Shown in pieces: positions 26,358 to 39,400 of a stretch of DNA of 64,000 nt. Each line of letters starts with the position of its first letter. Position 1 is the stretch's first letter. The translations under genes were made by a program, and so were the position numbers. The stretch spans positions 3,968,001 through 4,032,000 of the forward strand of contig OZ024744.1 in assembly GCA_964016885.1 (NCBI GenBank). Direction: 5' to 3'. The notes beneath the pieces were generated by a model that was not told the origin of the DNA, made no database searches, and saw only the letters and a list, made by a program, of their open reading frames with translations. Source of the stretch: Eledone cirrhosa (Eukaryota).

Positions 26358-29282
26358 AGAAAGATAGCTTGGTGAAGAACGAAGTTTTGGGGGAAGACAA
26401 GGTAGAGAAAGATAGCTTGGTGAAGAACGAAGGTTTGAGGGAAGACAAGGTAGAGAAAGATAGCTTGGTGAAGAACGAAGTTTTGGGAGAAGACAAGGTA
26501 GAGAAAGATATCTTGGTGAAGAACGAAGTTTTGACGGAAGACAAGGTAGAGAAAGATAGCTTGGTGAAGAATGACGTTTTGTGGGAAGACAAGGTAGAGA
26601 AAGATAGCTTGGTGAAGAACGACGTTTTGTGGGAAGACAAGGTAGAGAAAGATAGCTTGGTGAAGAACGAAGTTTTGTGGGAAGACAATGTAGAGAAAGA
26701 TAGCTTGGTGAAGAACGAAGTTTTGGGGGAAGACAAGGTAGAGAAAGATAGCTTGGTGAAGAACGAAGTTTTGGGGGAAGACAAGGTAGAGAAAGATAGC
26801 TTGTTGAAGAACGAAGTTCTGAGGGAAGGCAAGGTAGAGAAAGATAGCTTGGTGAAGAACGAAGTTTTGGGAGAAGACAAGGTAGAGAAAGATATCTTGG
26901 TGAAGAACGAAGTTTTGTGTGAAGACAAGCTAGAGAAAGATAGCTTGGTGAAGAACGAAGTTTTGGGGGAAGACAAGGTAGAGAAAGATAGATTGGTGAA
27001 GAACAAAGTTTTGAGGGATGACAAGGTAGAGAAAGATGACTTGGTGAAGAACGAAGTTTTGGGGGAAGACAAGGTAGAGAAAGATAGCTTGGTGAAGAAC
27101 GAAGTTTTGAGGGAAGACAAGGTAGAGAAAGATAGCTTGGTGAATAACGAAGTTTTGGGAGAAGACAAGGTAGAGAAAGATAGCTTGGTGAAGAACGAAG
27201 TTTTGGGGGAAGACAAGGTAGAGAAAGATAGCTTGGTGAAGAACGAAGTTTTGAGGGAAGACAAGGTAGAGAAAGATAGCTTGGTGAAGAACGATGTTTT
27301 GAGGGAAGACAAGGTAGAAAAAGATAGCTTGGTGAAGAACGAAGTTTTGGGGGAAGACAAGGTAGAGAAAGATAGCTTGGTGAAGAACGAAGTTTTGGGG
27401 GAAGACAAGGTAGAGAAAGAGAGCTTGGTGAAGAAAGACGTTTTGATGAAAGACAAGGTAGAGAAAGATAGCTTGGTGAAGAACGAAGTTTTGGGGGAAG
27501 ACAAGGTAGAGAAAGATAGCTTGGTGAAGAACGAAGTTCTGAGGGAAGACAAGGTAGAGAAAGATAGCTTGGTGAAGAACGAAGTTTTGGGAGAAGACAA
27601 GGTAGAGAAAGATATCTTGGTGAAGAACGAAGTTTTGACGGAGGACAAGGTAGAGAAAGATAGCTTGGTGAAGAATGACGTTTTGTGGGAAGACAAGGTA
27701 GAGAAAGATAGCTTGGTGAAGAACGAAGTTTTGTGTGAAGACAAGGTAGAGAAAGATAGCTTGGTGAAGAACGAAGTTTTGGGGGAAGACAAGGCAGAGA
27801 AAGATAGATTGGTGAAGAACGAAGTTTTGAGGGATGACAAGGTAGAGAAAGATGACTTGGTGTAGAAAGAAGTTTTGGGGGAAGACAAGGTAGAGAAAGA
27901 TAGCTTGGTGAAGAACGAAGTTTTGGGGGAAGACAAGGTAGAGAAAGATAGCTTGGTGAAGAACGAAGTTTTGGGGGAAGACAAGGTAGAGAAAGATAGC
28001 TTGGTGAATAACGAAGTTTTGGGAGAAGACAAGGTAGAGAAAGATAGCTTGGTGAAGAACGAAGTTTTGGGGGAAGGCAAGGTAGAGAAAGATAGCTTGC
28101 GAAGAACGAAGTTTTGGGGGAAGACAAGGTAGAGAAAGATAGCTTGGTGAAGAACGAAGTTTTGGGGGAAGACAAGGTAGAGAAAGATAGCTTGGTGAAG
28201 AACGACGTTTTGAGGGAAGACAAGTTAGAGAAAGATAGCTTGGTGAAGAACGAAGTTTTGACGGAAGACAAGGTAGAGAAAGATAGCTTGGTGAAGAATG
28301 ACGTTTTGTGGGAAGACAAGGTAGAGAAAGATAGCTTGGTGAAGAACGAAGTTTTGTATGAAGACAAGCTAGAGAAAGATAGCTTGGTGAAGAACGAAGT
28401 TTTAGGGGAAGACAAGGTAGAGAAAGATAGCTTGGTGAAGAACGAAGTTTTGGGGGAAGACAAGGTAGAGAAAGATAGCTTGGTGAAGAACAAAGTTTTG
28501 GGGGAAGACAAGGTAGAGAAAGATAGCTTGGTGAAGAACGAAGTTTTGAGGGAAGACGAGGTAGAGAAAGATAGCTTGGTGAAGAACGAAGTTTTGGGGG
28601 AAGACAAGGTAGAGAAAGATAGCTTGGTGAAGAACGAAGTTTTGGGGGAAGACAAGGTAGAGAAAGATAGCTTGGTGAAGAACGACGTTTTGAGGGAAGA
28701 CAAGGTCGTGAAAGATAGCTTGGTGAAGAACGAAGTTTTGGGGGAAGACAAGGTAGAGAAAGATAGCTTGGTGAAGAACGAATTTTTGGGGGAAGACGAG
28801 GTAGAGAAAGATAGCTTGGTGAATAACGAAGTTTTGGGGGAAGACAAGGTCGAAAAAGATAGCTTGGTGAAGAACGAAGTTTTGAGGGAAGACAAGGGAG
28901 AGAAAGATAGCTTGGTGAAGAACGAAGTTTTGGGGGAAGACATGGTAGAGAAAGATAGCTTGGTGAAGAACGAAGTTTTGAGGGAAGACAAAGTAGAGAA
29001 AGATAGCTTGGTGAAGAACGACGTTTTGTGGGAAGACAAGGTAGAGAAAGATAGCTTGGTGAAGAACGAAGTTTTGTGGGAAGACAAGGTAGAGAAAGAT
29101 AGCTTGGTGAAGAACGAAGTTTTGGGGAAGACAAGGTAGAGAAAGATAGCTTGGTGAAGAACGAAGTTTTGGGGGAAGACGAGGTAGAGAAAGATAGCTT
29201 GGTGAACAAGGAAGTTTTGGGGGAAGACAAGGTAGAGAAAGATAGCTTGGTGAAGAACGAAGTTTTGGGGAAGACAATGTAG
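26358..29282. repeat. Second complete copy of the ~61-monomer higher-order repeat
   Basis: The variant order matches 14412-17338. ORF 26369..27865 (498 aa) mirrors 14423..15919 (498 aa), and 27875..28132 mirrors 15929..16186. Confidence 0.78.
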
Positions 29283-30474
29283 AGAAAGATAGCTTGGTGA
29301 AGAACGAAGTTTTGGGGGAAGACAAGGTAGAGAAAGATAGCTTGGTGAAGAACGAAGTTTTGGGGGAAGACGAGGTAGAGAAAGATAGCTTGGTGAACAA
29401 GGAAGTTTTGGGGGAAGACAAGGTAGAGAAAGATAGCTTGGTGAAGAACGAAGTTTTGCGGAAGACAATGTAGAGAAAGATAGCTTGGTGAAGAACGTAG
29501 TTTTGGGGGAAGACAAGGTAGAGAAAGATAGCTTGGTGAAGAAAGAAGGTTTGAGGGAAGACAAGGTAGAGAAAGATAGCTTGGTGAAGAACGAAGTTTT
29601 GGGAGAAGACAAGGTAGAGAAAGATATCTTGGTGAAGAACGAAGTTTTGACGGAAGACAAGGTAGAGAAAGATAGCTTGGTGAAGAATGACGTTTTGTGG
29701 GAAGACAAGGTAGAGAAAGATAGCTTGGTGAAGAACGACGTTTTGTGGGAAGACAAGGTAGAGAAAGATAGCTTGGTGAAGAACGAAGTTTTGGGGGAAG
29801 ACAAGGTAGAGAAAGATAGCTTGGTGAAGAACGAAGTTTTGGGGGAAGACGAGGTAGAGAAAGATAGCTTGGTGAACAAGAAAGTTTTGGGGGAAGACAA
29901 GGTAGAGAAAGATAGCTTGGTGAAGAACGAAGTTTTGGGGAAGACAATGTAGAGAAAGATAGCTTGGTGAAGAACGAAGTTTTGGGGGAAGACAAGGTAG
30001 AGAAAGATAGCTTGGTGAAGAACGAAGGTTTGAGGGAAGACAAGGTAGAGAAAGATAGCTTGGTGAAGAACGAAGTTTTGGGAGAAGACAAGGTAGAGAA
30101 AGATATCTTGGTGAAGAACGAAGTTTTGACGGAAGACAAGGTAGAGAAAGATAGCTTGGTGAAGAATGACGTTTTGTGGGAAGACAAGGTAGAGAAAGAT
30201 AGCTTGGTGAAGAACGACGTTTTGTGGGAAGACAAGGTAGAGAAAGATAGCTTGGTGAAGAACGAAGTTTTGTGGGAAGACAAGGTAGAGAAAGATAGCT
30301 TGGTGAAGAACGAAGTTTTGGGGGAAGACAAGGTAGAGAAAGATAGCTTGGTGAAGAACGAAGTTTTGGGGGAAGACAAGGTAGAGAAAGATAGCTTGTT
30401 GAAGAACGAAGTTCTGAGGGAAGGCATGGTAGAGAAAGATAGCTTGGTGAAGAACGAAGTTTTGGGAGAAGACA

Positions 30475-33400
30475 AGGTAGAGAAAGATATCTTGGTGAAG
30501 AACGAAGTTTTGTGTGAAGACAAGCTAGAGAAAGATAGCTTGGTGAAGAACGAAGTTTTGGGGGAAGACAAGGTAGAGAAAGATAGATTGGTGAAGAACA
30601 AAGTTTTGAGGGATGACAAGGTAGAGAAAGACGACTTGGTGAAGAACGAAGTTTTGGGGGAAGACAAGGTAGAGAAAGATAGCTTGGTGAAGAACGAAGT
30701 TTTGAGGGAAGACAAGGTAGAGAAAGATAGCTTGGTGAATAACGAAGTTTTGGGAGAAGACAAGGTAGAGAAAGATAGCTTGGTGAAGAACGAAGTTTTG
30801 GGGGAAGACAAGGTAGAGAAAGATAGCTTGGTGAAGAACGAAGTTTTGAGGGAAGACAAGGTAGAGAAAGATAGCTTGGTGAAGAACGATGTTTTGAGGG
30901 AAGACAAGGTAGAAAAAGATAGCTTGGTGAAGAACGAAGTTTTGGGGGAAGACAAGGTAGAGAAAGATAGCTTGGTGAAGAACGAAGTTTTGGGGGAAGA
31001 CAAGGTAGAGAAAGAGAGCTTGGTGAAGAACGACGTTTTGATGAAAGACAAGGTAGAGAAAGATAGCTTGGTGAAGAACGAAGTTTTGGGGGAAGACAAG
31101 GTAGAGAAAGATAGCTTGGTGAAGAACGAAGTTCTGAGGGAAGACAAGGTAGAGAAAGATAGCTTGGTGAAGAACGAAGTTTTGGGAGAAGACAAGGTAG
31201 AGAAAGATATCTTGGTGAAGAACGAAGTTTTGACGGAAGACAAGGTAGAGAAAGATAGCTTGGTGAAGAATGACGTTTTGTGGGAAGACAAGGTAGAGAA
31301 AGATAGCTTGGTGAAGAACGAAGTTTTGTGTGAAGACAAGGTAGAGAAAGATAGCTTGGTGAAGAACGAAGTTTTGGGGGAAGACAAGGCAGAGAAAGAT
31401 AGATTGGTGAAGAACGAAGTTTTGAGGGATGACAAGGTAGAGAAAGATGACTTGGTGTAGAAAGAAGTTTTGGGGGAAGACAAGGTAGAGAAAGATAGCT
31501 TGGTGAAGAACGAAGTTTTGGGGGAAGACAAGGTAGAGAAAGATAGCTTGGTGAAGAACGAAGTTTTGGGGGAAGACAAGGTAGAGAAAGATAGCTTGGT
31601 GAATAACGAAGTTTTGGGAGAAGACAAGGTAGAGAAAGATAGCTTGGTGAAGAACGAAGTTTTGGGGGAAGGCAAGGTAGAGAAAGATAGCTTGCGAAGA
31701 ACGAGGTTTTGGGGGAAGACAAGGTAGAGAAAGATAGCTTGGTGAAGAACGAAGTTTTGGGGGAAGACAAGGTAGAGAAAGATAGCTTGGTGAAGAACGA
31801 CGTTTTGAGGGAAGACAAGTTAGAGAAAGATAGCTTGGTGAAGAACGAAGTTTTGACGGAAGACAAGGTAGAGAAAGATAGCTTGGTGAAGAATGACGTT
31901 TTGTGGGAAGACAATGTAGAGAAAGATAGCTTGGTGAAGAACGAAGTTTTGTATGAAGACAAGCTAGAGAAGGATAGCTTGGTGAAGAACGAAGTTTTGG
32001 GGGAAGACGAGGTAGAGAAAGATAGCTTGGTGAATAACGAAGTTTTGGGGGAAGACAAGGTCGAAAAAGATAGCTTGGTGAAGAACGAAGTTTTGAGGGA
32101 AGACAAGGGAGAGAAAGATAGCTTGGTGAAGAACGAAGTTTTGGGGGAAGACATGGTAGAGAAAGATAGCTTGGTGAAGAACGAAGTTTTGAGGGAAGAC
32201 AAAGTAGAGAAAGATAGCTTGGTGAAGAACGACGTTTTGTGGGAAGACAAGGTAGAGAAAGATAGCTTGGTGAAGAACGAAGTTTTGTGTGAAGACAAGC
32301 TAGAGAAAGATAGCTTGGTGAAGAACGAAGTTTTGGGGGAAGACAAGGTAGAGAAAGATAGATTGGTGAAGAACAAAGTTTTGAGGGATGACAAGGTAGA
32401 GAAAGACGACTTGGTGAAGAACGAAGTTTTGGGGGAAGACAAGGTAGAGAAAGATATCTTGGTGAAGAACGAAGTTTTGTGTGAAGACAAGCTAGAGAAA
32501 GATAGCTTGGTGAAGAACGAAGTTTTGGGGGAAGACAAGGTAGAGAAAGATAGATTGGTGAAGAACAAAGTTTTGAGGGATGACAAGGTAGAGAAAGACG
32601 ACTTGGTGAAGAACGAAGTTTTGGGGGAAGACAAGGTAGAGAAAGATAGCTTGGTGAAGAACGAAGTTTTGAGGGAAGACAAGGTAGAGAAAGATAGCTT
32701 GGTGAATAACGAAGTTTTGGGAGAAGACAAGGTAGAGAAAGATAGCTTGGTGAAGAACGAAGTTTTGGGGGAAGACAAGGTAGAGAAAGATAGCTTGGTG
32801 AAGAACGAAGTTTTGAGGGAAGACAAGGTAGAGAAAGATAGCTTGGTGAAGAACGATGTTTTGAGGGAAGACAAGGTAGAAAAAGATAGCTTGGTGAAGA
32901 ACGAAGTTTTGGGGGAAGACAAGGTAGAGAAAGATAGCTTGGTGAAGAACGAAGTTTTGGGGGAAGACAAGGTAGAGAAAGAGAGCTTGGTGAAGAACGA
33001 CGTTTTGATGAAAGACAAGGTAGAGAAAGATAGCTTGGTGAAGAACGAAGTTTTGGGGGAAGACAAGGTAGAGAAAGATAGCTTGGTGAAGAACGAAGTT
33101 CTGAGGGAAGACAAGGTAGAGAAAGATAGCTTGGTGAAGAACGAAGTTTTGGGAGAAGACAAGGTAGAGAAAGATATCTTGGTGAAGAACGAAGTTTTGA
33201 CGGAAGACAAGGTAGAGAAAGATAGCTTGGTGAAGAATGACGTTTTGTGGGAAGACAAGGTAGAGAAAGATAGCTTGGTGAAGAACGAAGTTTTGTGTGA
33301 AGACAAGGTAGAGAAAGATAGCTTGGTGAAGAACGAAGTTTTGGGGGAAGACAAGGCAGAGAAAGATAGATTGGTGAAGAACGAAGTTTTGAGGGATGAC

Positions 33401-34252
33401 AAGGTAGAGAAAGATGACTTGGTGTAGAAAGAAGTTTTGGGGGAAGACAAGGTAGAGAAAGATAGCTTGGTGAAGAACGAAGTTTTGGGGGAAGACAAGG
33501 TAGAGAAAGATAGCTTGGTGAAGAACGAAGTTTTGGGGGAAGACAAGGTAGAGAAAGATAGCTTGGTGAATAACGAAGTTTTGGGAGAAGACAAGGTAGA
33601 GAAAGATAGCTTGGTGAAGAACGAAGTTTTGGGGGAAGGCAAGGTAGAGAAAGATAGCTTGCGAAGAACGAGGTTTTGGGGGAAGACAAGGTAGAGAAAG
33701 ATAGCTTGGTGAAGAACGAAGTTTTGGGGGAAGACAAGGTAGAGAAAGATAGCTTGGTGAAGAACGACGTTTTGAGGGAAGACAAGTTAGAGAAAGATAG
33801 CTTGGTGAAGAACGAAGTTTTGACGGAAGACAAGGTAGAGAAAGATAGCTTGGTGAAGAATGACGTTTTGTGGGAAGACAATTTAGAGAAAGATAGCTTG
33901 GTGAAGAACGAAGTTTTGTATGAAGACAAGCTAGAGAAAGATAGCTTGGTGAAGAACGAAGTTTTGGGGGAAGACGAGGTAGAGAAAGATAGCTTGGTGA
34001 ATAACGAAGTTTTGGGGGAAGACAAGGTCGAAAAAGATAGCTTGGTGAAGAACGAAGTTTTGAGGGAAGACAAGGGAGAGAAAGATAGCTTGGTGAAGAA
34101 CGAAGTTTTGGGGGAAGACATGGTAGAGAAAGATAGCTTGGTGAAGAACGAAGTTTTGAGGGAAGACAAAGTAGAGAAAGATAGCTTGGTGAAGAACGAC
34201 GTTTTGTGGGAAGACAAGGTAGAGAAAGATAGCTTGGTGAAGAACGAAGTTT
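30475..34252. repeat. Duplication with 1,967-bp period (41 monomers)
   Basis: Offsets of 1967 at 31460/33427, 31470/33437 and 31709/33676. The private variants GAC GAC TTG (30630/32597) and TTGCGAAGAACGAGG are shared. Confidence 0.85.
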
Positions 34253-36414
34253 TGTGGGAAGACAAGGTAGAGAAAGATAGCTTGGTGAAGAACGAAGTTT
34301 TGGGGGAAGACAAGGTAGAGAAAGATAGCTTGGTGAAGAACGAAGTTTTGGGGGAAGACGAGGTAGAGAAAGATAGCTTGGTGAACAAGGAAGTTTTGGG
34401 GGAAGACAAGGTAGAGAAAGATAGCTTGGTGAAGAACGAAGTTTTGGGGAAGACAATGTAGAGAAAGATAGCTTGGTGAAGAACGAAGTTTTGGGGGAAG
34501 ACAAGGTAGAGAAAGATAGCTTGGTGAAGAACGAAGTTTTGGGGGAAGACGAGGTAGAGAAAGATAGGTTGGTGAACAAGGAAGTTTTGGGGGAAGACAA
34601 GGTAGAGAAAGATAGCTTGGTGAAGAACGAAGTTTTGGGGAAGACAATGTAGAGAAAGATAGCTTGGTGAAGAACGAAGTTTTGGGGGAAGACAAGGTAG
34701 AGAAAGATAGCTTGGTGAAGAACGAAGGTTTGAGGGAAGACAAGGTAGAGAAAGATAGCTTGGTGAAGAACGAAGTTTTGGGAGAAGACAAGGTAGAGAA
34801 AGATATCTTGGTGAAGAACGAAGTTTTGACGGAAGACAAGGTAGAGAAAGATAGCTTGGTGAAGAATGACGTTTTGTGGGAAGACAAGGTAGAGAAAGAT
34901 AGCTTGGTGAAGAACGACGTTTTGTGGGAAGACAAGGTAGAGAAAGATAGCTTGGTGAAGAACGAAGTTTTGGGGGAAGACAAGGTAGAGAAAGATAGCT
35001 TGGTGAAGAACGAAGTTTTGGGGGAAGACGAGGTAGAGAAAGATAGCTTGGTGAACAAGAAAGTTTTGGGGGAAGACAAGGTAGAGAAAGATAGCTTGGT
35101 GAAGAACGAAGTTTTGGGGAAGACAATGTAGAGAAAGATAGCTTGGTGAAGAACGAAGTTTTGGGGGAAGACAAGGTAGAGTAAGATAGCTTGGTGAAGA
35201 ACGAAGGTTTGAGTGAAGACAAGGTAGAGAAAGATAGCTTGGTGAAGAACGAAGTTTTGGGAGAAGACAAGGTAGAGAAAGATATCTTGGTGAAGAACGA
35301 AGTTTTGACGGAAGACAAGGTAGAGAAAGATAGCTTGGTGAAGAATGACGTTTTGTGGGAAGACAAGGTAGAGAAAGATAGCTTGGTGAAGAACGACGTT
35401 TTGTGGGAAGACAAGGTAGAGAAAGATAGCTTGGTGAAGAACGAAGTGGGAAGACAAGGTAGAGAAAGATAGCTTGGTGAAGAACGAAGTTTTGGGGGAA
35501 GACAAGGTAGAGAAAGATAGCTTGGTGAAGAACGAAGTTTTGGGGGAAGACAAGGTAGAGAAAGATAGCTTGTTGAAGAACGAAGTTCTGCGGGAAGGCA
35601 AGGTAGAGAAAGATAGCTTGGTGAAGAACGAAGTTTTGGGAGAAGACAAGGTAGAGAAAGATATCTTGGTGAAGAACGAAGTTTTGTGTGAAGACAAGCT
35701 AGAGAAAGATAGCTTGGTGAAGAACGAAGTTTTGGGGGAAGACAAGGTAGAGAAAGATAGATTGGTAAAGAACAAAGTTTTGAGGGATGACAAGGTAGAG
35801 AAAGATGACTTGGTGAAGAACGAAGTTTTGGGGGAAGACAAGGTAGAGAAAGATAGCTTGGTGAAGAACGAAGTTTTGAGGGAAGACAAGGTAGAGAAAG
35901 ATAGCTTGGTGAATAACGAAGTTTTGGGAGAAGACAAGGTAGAGAAAGATAGCTTGGTGAAGAACGAAGTTTTGGGGGAAGACAAGGTAGAGAAAGATAG
36001 CTTGGTGAAGAACGAAGTTTTGAGGGAAGACAAGGTAGAGAAAGATAGCTTGGTGAAGAACGATGTTTTGAGGGAAGACAAGGTAGAAAAAGATAGCTTG
36101 GTGAAGAACGAAGTTTTGGGGGAAGACAAGGTAGAGAAAGATAGCTTGGTGAAGAACGAAGTTTTGGGGGAAGACAAGGTAGAGAAAGAGAGCTTGGTGA
36201 AGAACGACGTTTTGATGAAAGACAAGGTAGAGAAAGATAGCTTGGTGAAGAACGAAGTTTTGGGGGAAGACAAGGTAGAGAAAGATAGCTTGGTGACGAA
36301 CGAAGTTCTGAGGGAAGACAAGGTAGAGAAAGATAGCTTGGTGAAGAACGAAGTTTTGGGAGAAGACAAGGTAGAGAAAGATATCTTGGTGAAGAACGAA
36401 GTTTTGACGGAAGA

Positions 36415-39400
36415 CAAGGTAGAGAAAGATAGCTTGGTGAAGAATGACGTTTTGTGGGAAGACAAGGTAGAGAAAGATAGCTTGGTGAAGAACGAAGTTT
36501 TGTGTGAAGACAAGGTAGAGAAAGATAGCTTGGTGAAGAACGAAGTTTTGGGGGAAGACAAGGCAGAGAAAGATAGATTGGTGAAGAACGAAGTTTTGAG
36601 GGATGACAAGGTAGAGAAAGATGACTTGGTGTAGAAAGAAGTTTTGGGGGAAGACAAGGTAGAGAAAGATAGCTTGGTGAAGAACGAAGTTTTGGGGGAA
36701 GACAAGGTAGAGAAAGATAGCTTGGTGAAGAACGAAGTTTTGGGGGAAGACAAGGTAGAGAAAGATAGCTTGGTGAATAACGAAGTTTTGGGAGAAGACA
36801 AGGTAGAGAAAGATAGCTTGGTGAAGAACGAAGTTTTGGGGGAAGGCAAGGTAGAGAAAGATAGCTTGCGAAGAACGAAGTTTTGGGGGAAGACAAGGTA
36901 GAGAAAGATAGCTTGGTGAAGAACGAAGTTTTGGGGGAAGACAAGGTAGAGAAAGATAGCTTGGTGAAGAACGACGTTTTGAGGGAAGACAAGTTAGAGA
37001 AAGATAGCTTGGTGAAGAACGAAGTTTTGACGGAAGACAAGGTAGAGAAAGATAGCTTGGTGAAGAATGACGTTTTGTGGGAAGACAAGGTAGAGAAAGA
37101 TAGCTTGGTGAAGAACGAAGTTTTGTATGAAGACAAGCTAGAGAAAGATAGCTTGGTGAAGAACGAAGTTTTAGGGGAAGACAAGGTAGAGAAAGATAGC
37201 TTGGTGAAGAACGAAGTTTTGGGGGAAGACAAGGTAGAGAAAGATAGCTTGGTGAAGAACAAAGTTTTGGGGGAAGACAAGGTAGAGAAAGATAGCTTGG
37301 TGAAGAACGAAGTTTTGAGGGAAGACGAGGTAGAGAAAGATAGCTTGGTGAAGAACGAAGTTTTGGGGGAAGACAAGGTAGAGAAAGATAGCTTGGTGAA
37401 GAACGAAGTTTTGGGGGAAGACGAGGTAGAGAAAGATAGCTTGGTGAATAACGAAGTTTTGGGGGAAGACAAGGTCGAAAAAGATAGCTTGGTGAAGAAC
37501 GAAGTTTTGAGGGAAGACAAGGGAGAGAAAGATAGCTTGGTGAAGAACGAAGTTTTGGGGGAAGACATGGTAGAGAAAGATAGCTTGGTGAAGAACGAAG
37601 TTTTGAGGGAAGACAAAGTAGAGAAAGATAGCTTGGTGAAGAACGACGTTTTGTGGGAAGACAAGGTAGAGAAAGATAGCTTGGTGAAGAACGAAGTTTT
37701 GTGGGAAGACAAGGTAGAGAAAGATAGCTTGGTGAAGAACGAAGTTTTGGGGGAAGACAAGGTAGAGAAAGATATCTTGGTGAAGAACGAAGTTTTGGGG
37801 GAAGACGAGGTAGAGAAAGATAGCTTGGTGAACAAGGAAGTTTTGGGGGAAGACAAGGTAGAGAAAGATAGCTTGGTGAAGAACGAAGTTTTGGGGAAGA
37901 CAATGTAGAGAAAGATAGCTTGGTGAAGAACGAAGTTTTGGGGGAAGACAAGGTAGAGAAAGATAGCTTGGTGAAGAACGAAGGTTTGAGGGAAGACAAG
38001 GTAGAGAAAGATAGCTTGGTGAAGAACGAAGTTTTGACGGAAGACAAGGTAGAGAAAGATAGCTTGGTGAAGAATGACGTTTTGTGGGAAGACAAGGTAG
38101 AGAAAGATAGCTTGGTGAAGAACGAAGTTTTGTATGAAGACAAGCTAGAGAAAGATAGCTTGGTGAAGAACGAAGTTTTAGGGGAAGACAAGGTAGAGAA
38201 AGATAGCTTGGTGAAGAACGAAGTTTTGGGGGAAGACAAGGTAGAGAAAGATAGCTTGGTGAAGAACAAAGTTTTGGGGGAAGACAAGGTAGAGAAAGAT
38301 AGCTTGGTGAAGAACGAAGTTTTGAGGGAAGACGAGGTAGAGAAAGATAGCTTGGTGAAGAACGAAGTTTTGGGGGAAGACAAGGTAGAGAAAGATAGCT
38401 TGGTGAAGAACGAAGTTTTGGGGGAAGACAAGGTAGAGAAAGATAGCTTGGTGAAGAACGACGTTTTGAGGGAAGACAAGGTCGTGAAAGATAGCTTGGT
38501 GAAGAACGAAGTTTTGGGGGAAGACGAGGTAGAGAAAGATAGCTTGGTGAATAACGAAGTTTTGGGGGAAGACAAGGTCGAAAAAGATAGCTTGGTGAAG
38601 AACGAAGTTTTGAGGGAAGACAAGGTAGAGAAAGATAGCTTGGTGAAGAACGAAGTTTTGGGGGAAGACAAGGTAGAGAAAGATAGCTTGGTGAAGAACG
38701 AAGTTTTGAGGGAAGACAAAGTAGAGAAAGATGGCTTGGTGAAGAACGACGTTGTGTGGGAAGACAAGGTAGAGAGAGATAGCTTGGTGAAGAACGAAGT
38801 TTTGTGGGAAGACAAGGTAGAGAAAGATAGCTTGGTGAAGAACGAAGTTTTGGGGGAAGACAAGGTAGAGAAAGATAGCTTGGTGAAGAAAGAAGTTTTG
38901 GGGGAAGACAAGGTAGAGAAAGATAGCTTGGTGAAGAACGAAGTTTTGGGGGAAGACAAGGTAGAGAAAGATAGCTTGGTGAAGAACGAAGTTTTGGGGG
39001 AAGACAAGGTAGAGAAAGATAGCTTGGTGAATAACGAAGTTTTGGGAGAAGACAAGGTAGAGAAAGATAGCTTGGTGAAGAATGACGTTTTGTGGGAAGA
39101 CAAGGTAGAGAAAGATAGCTTGGTGAAGAACGAAGTTTTGTGTGAAGACAAGGTAGAGAAAGATAGCTTGGTGAAGAACGAAGTTTTGGGGGAAGACAAG
39201 GCAGAGAAAGATAGATTGGTGAAGAACGAAGTTTTGAGGGATGACAAGGTAGAGAAAGATGACTTGGTGTAGAAAGAAGTTTTGGGGGAAGACAAGGTAG
39301 AGAAAGATAGCTTGGTGAAGAACGAAGTTTTGGGGGAAGACAAGGTAGAGAAAGATAGCTTGGTGAAGAACGAAGTTTTGGGGGAAGACAAGGTAGAGAA

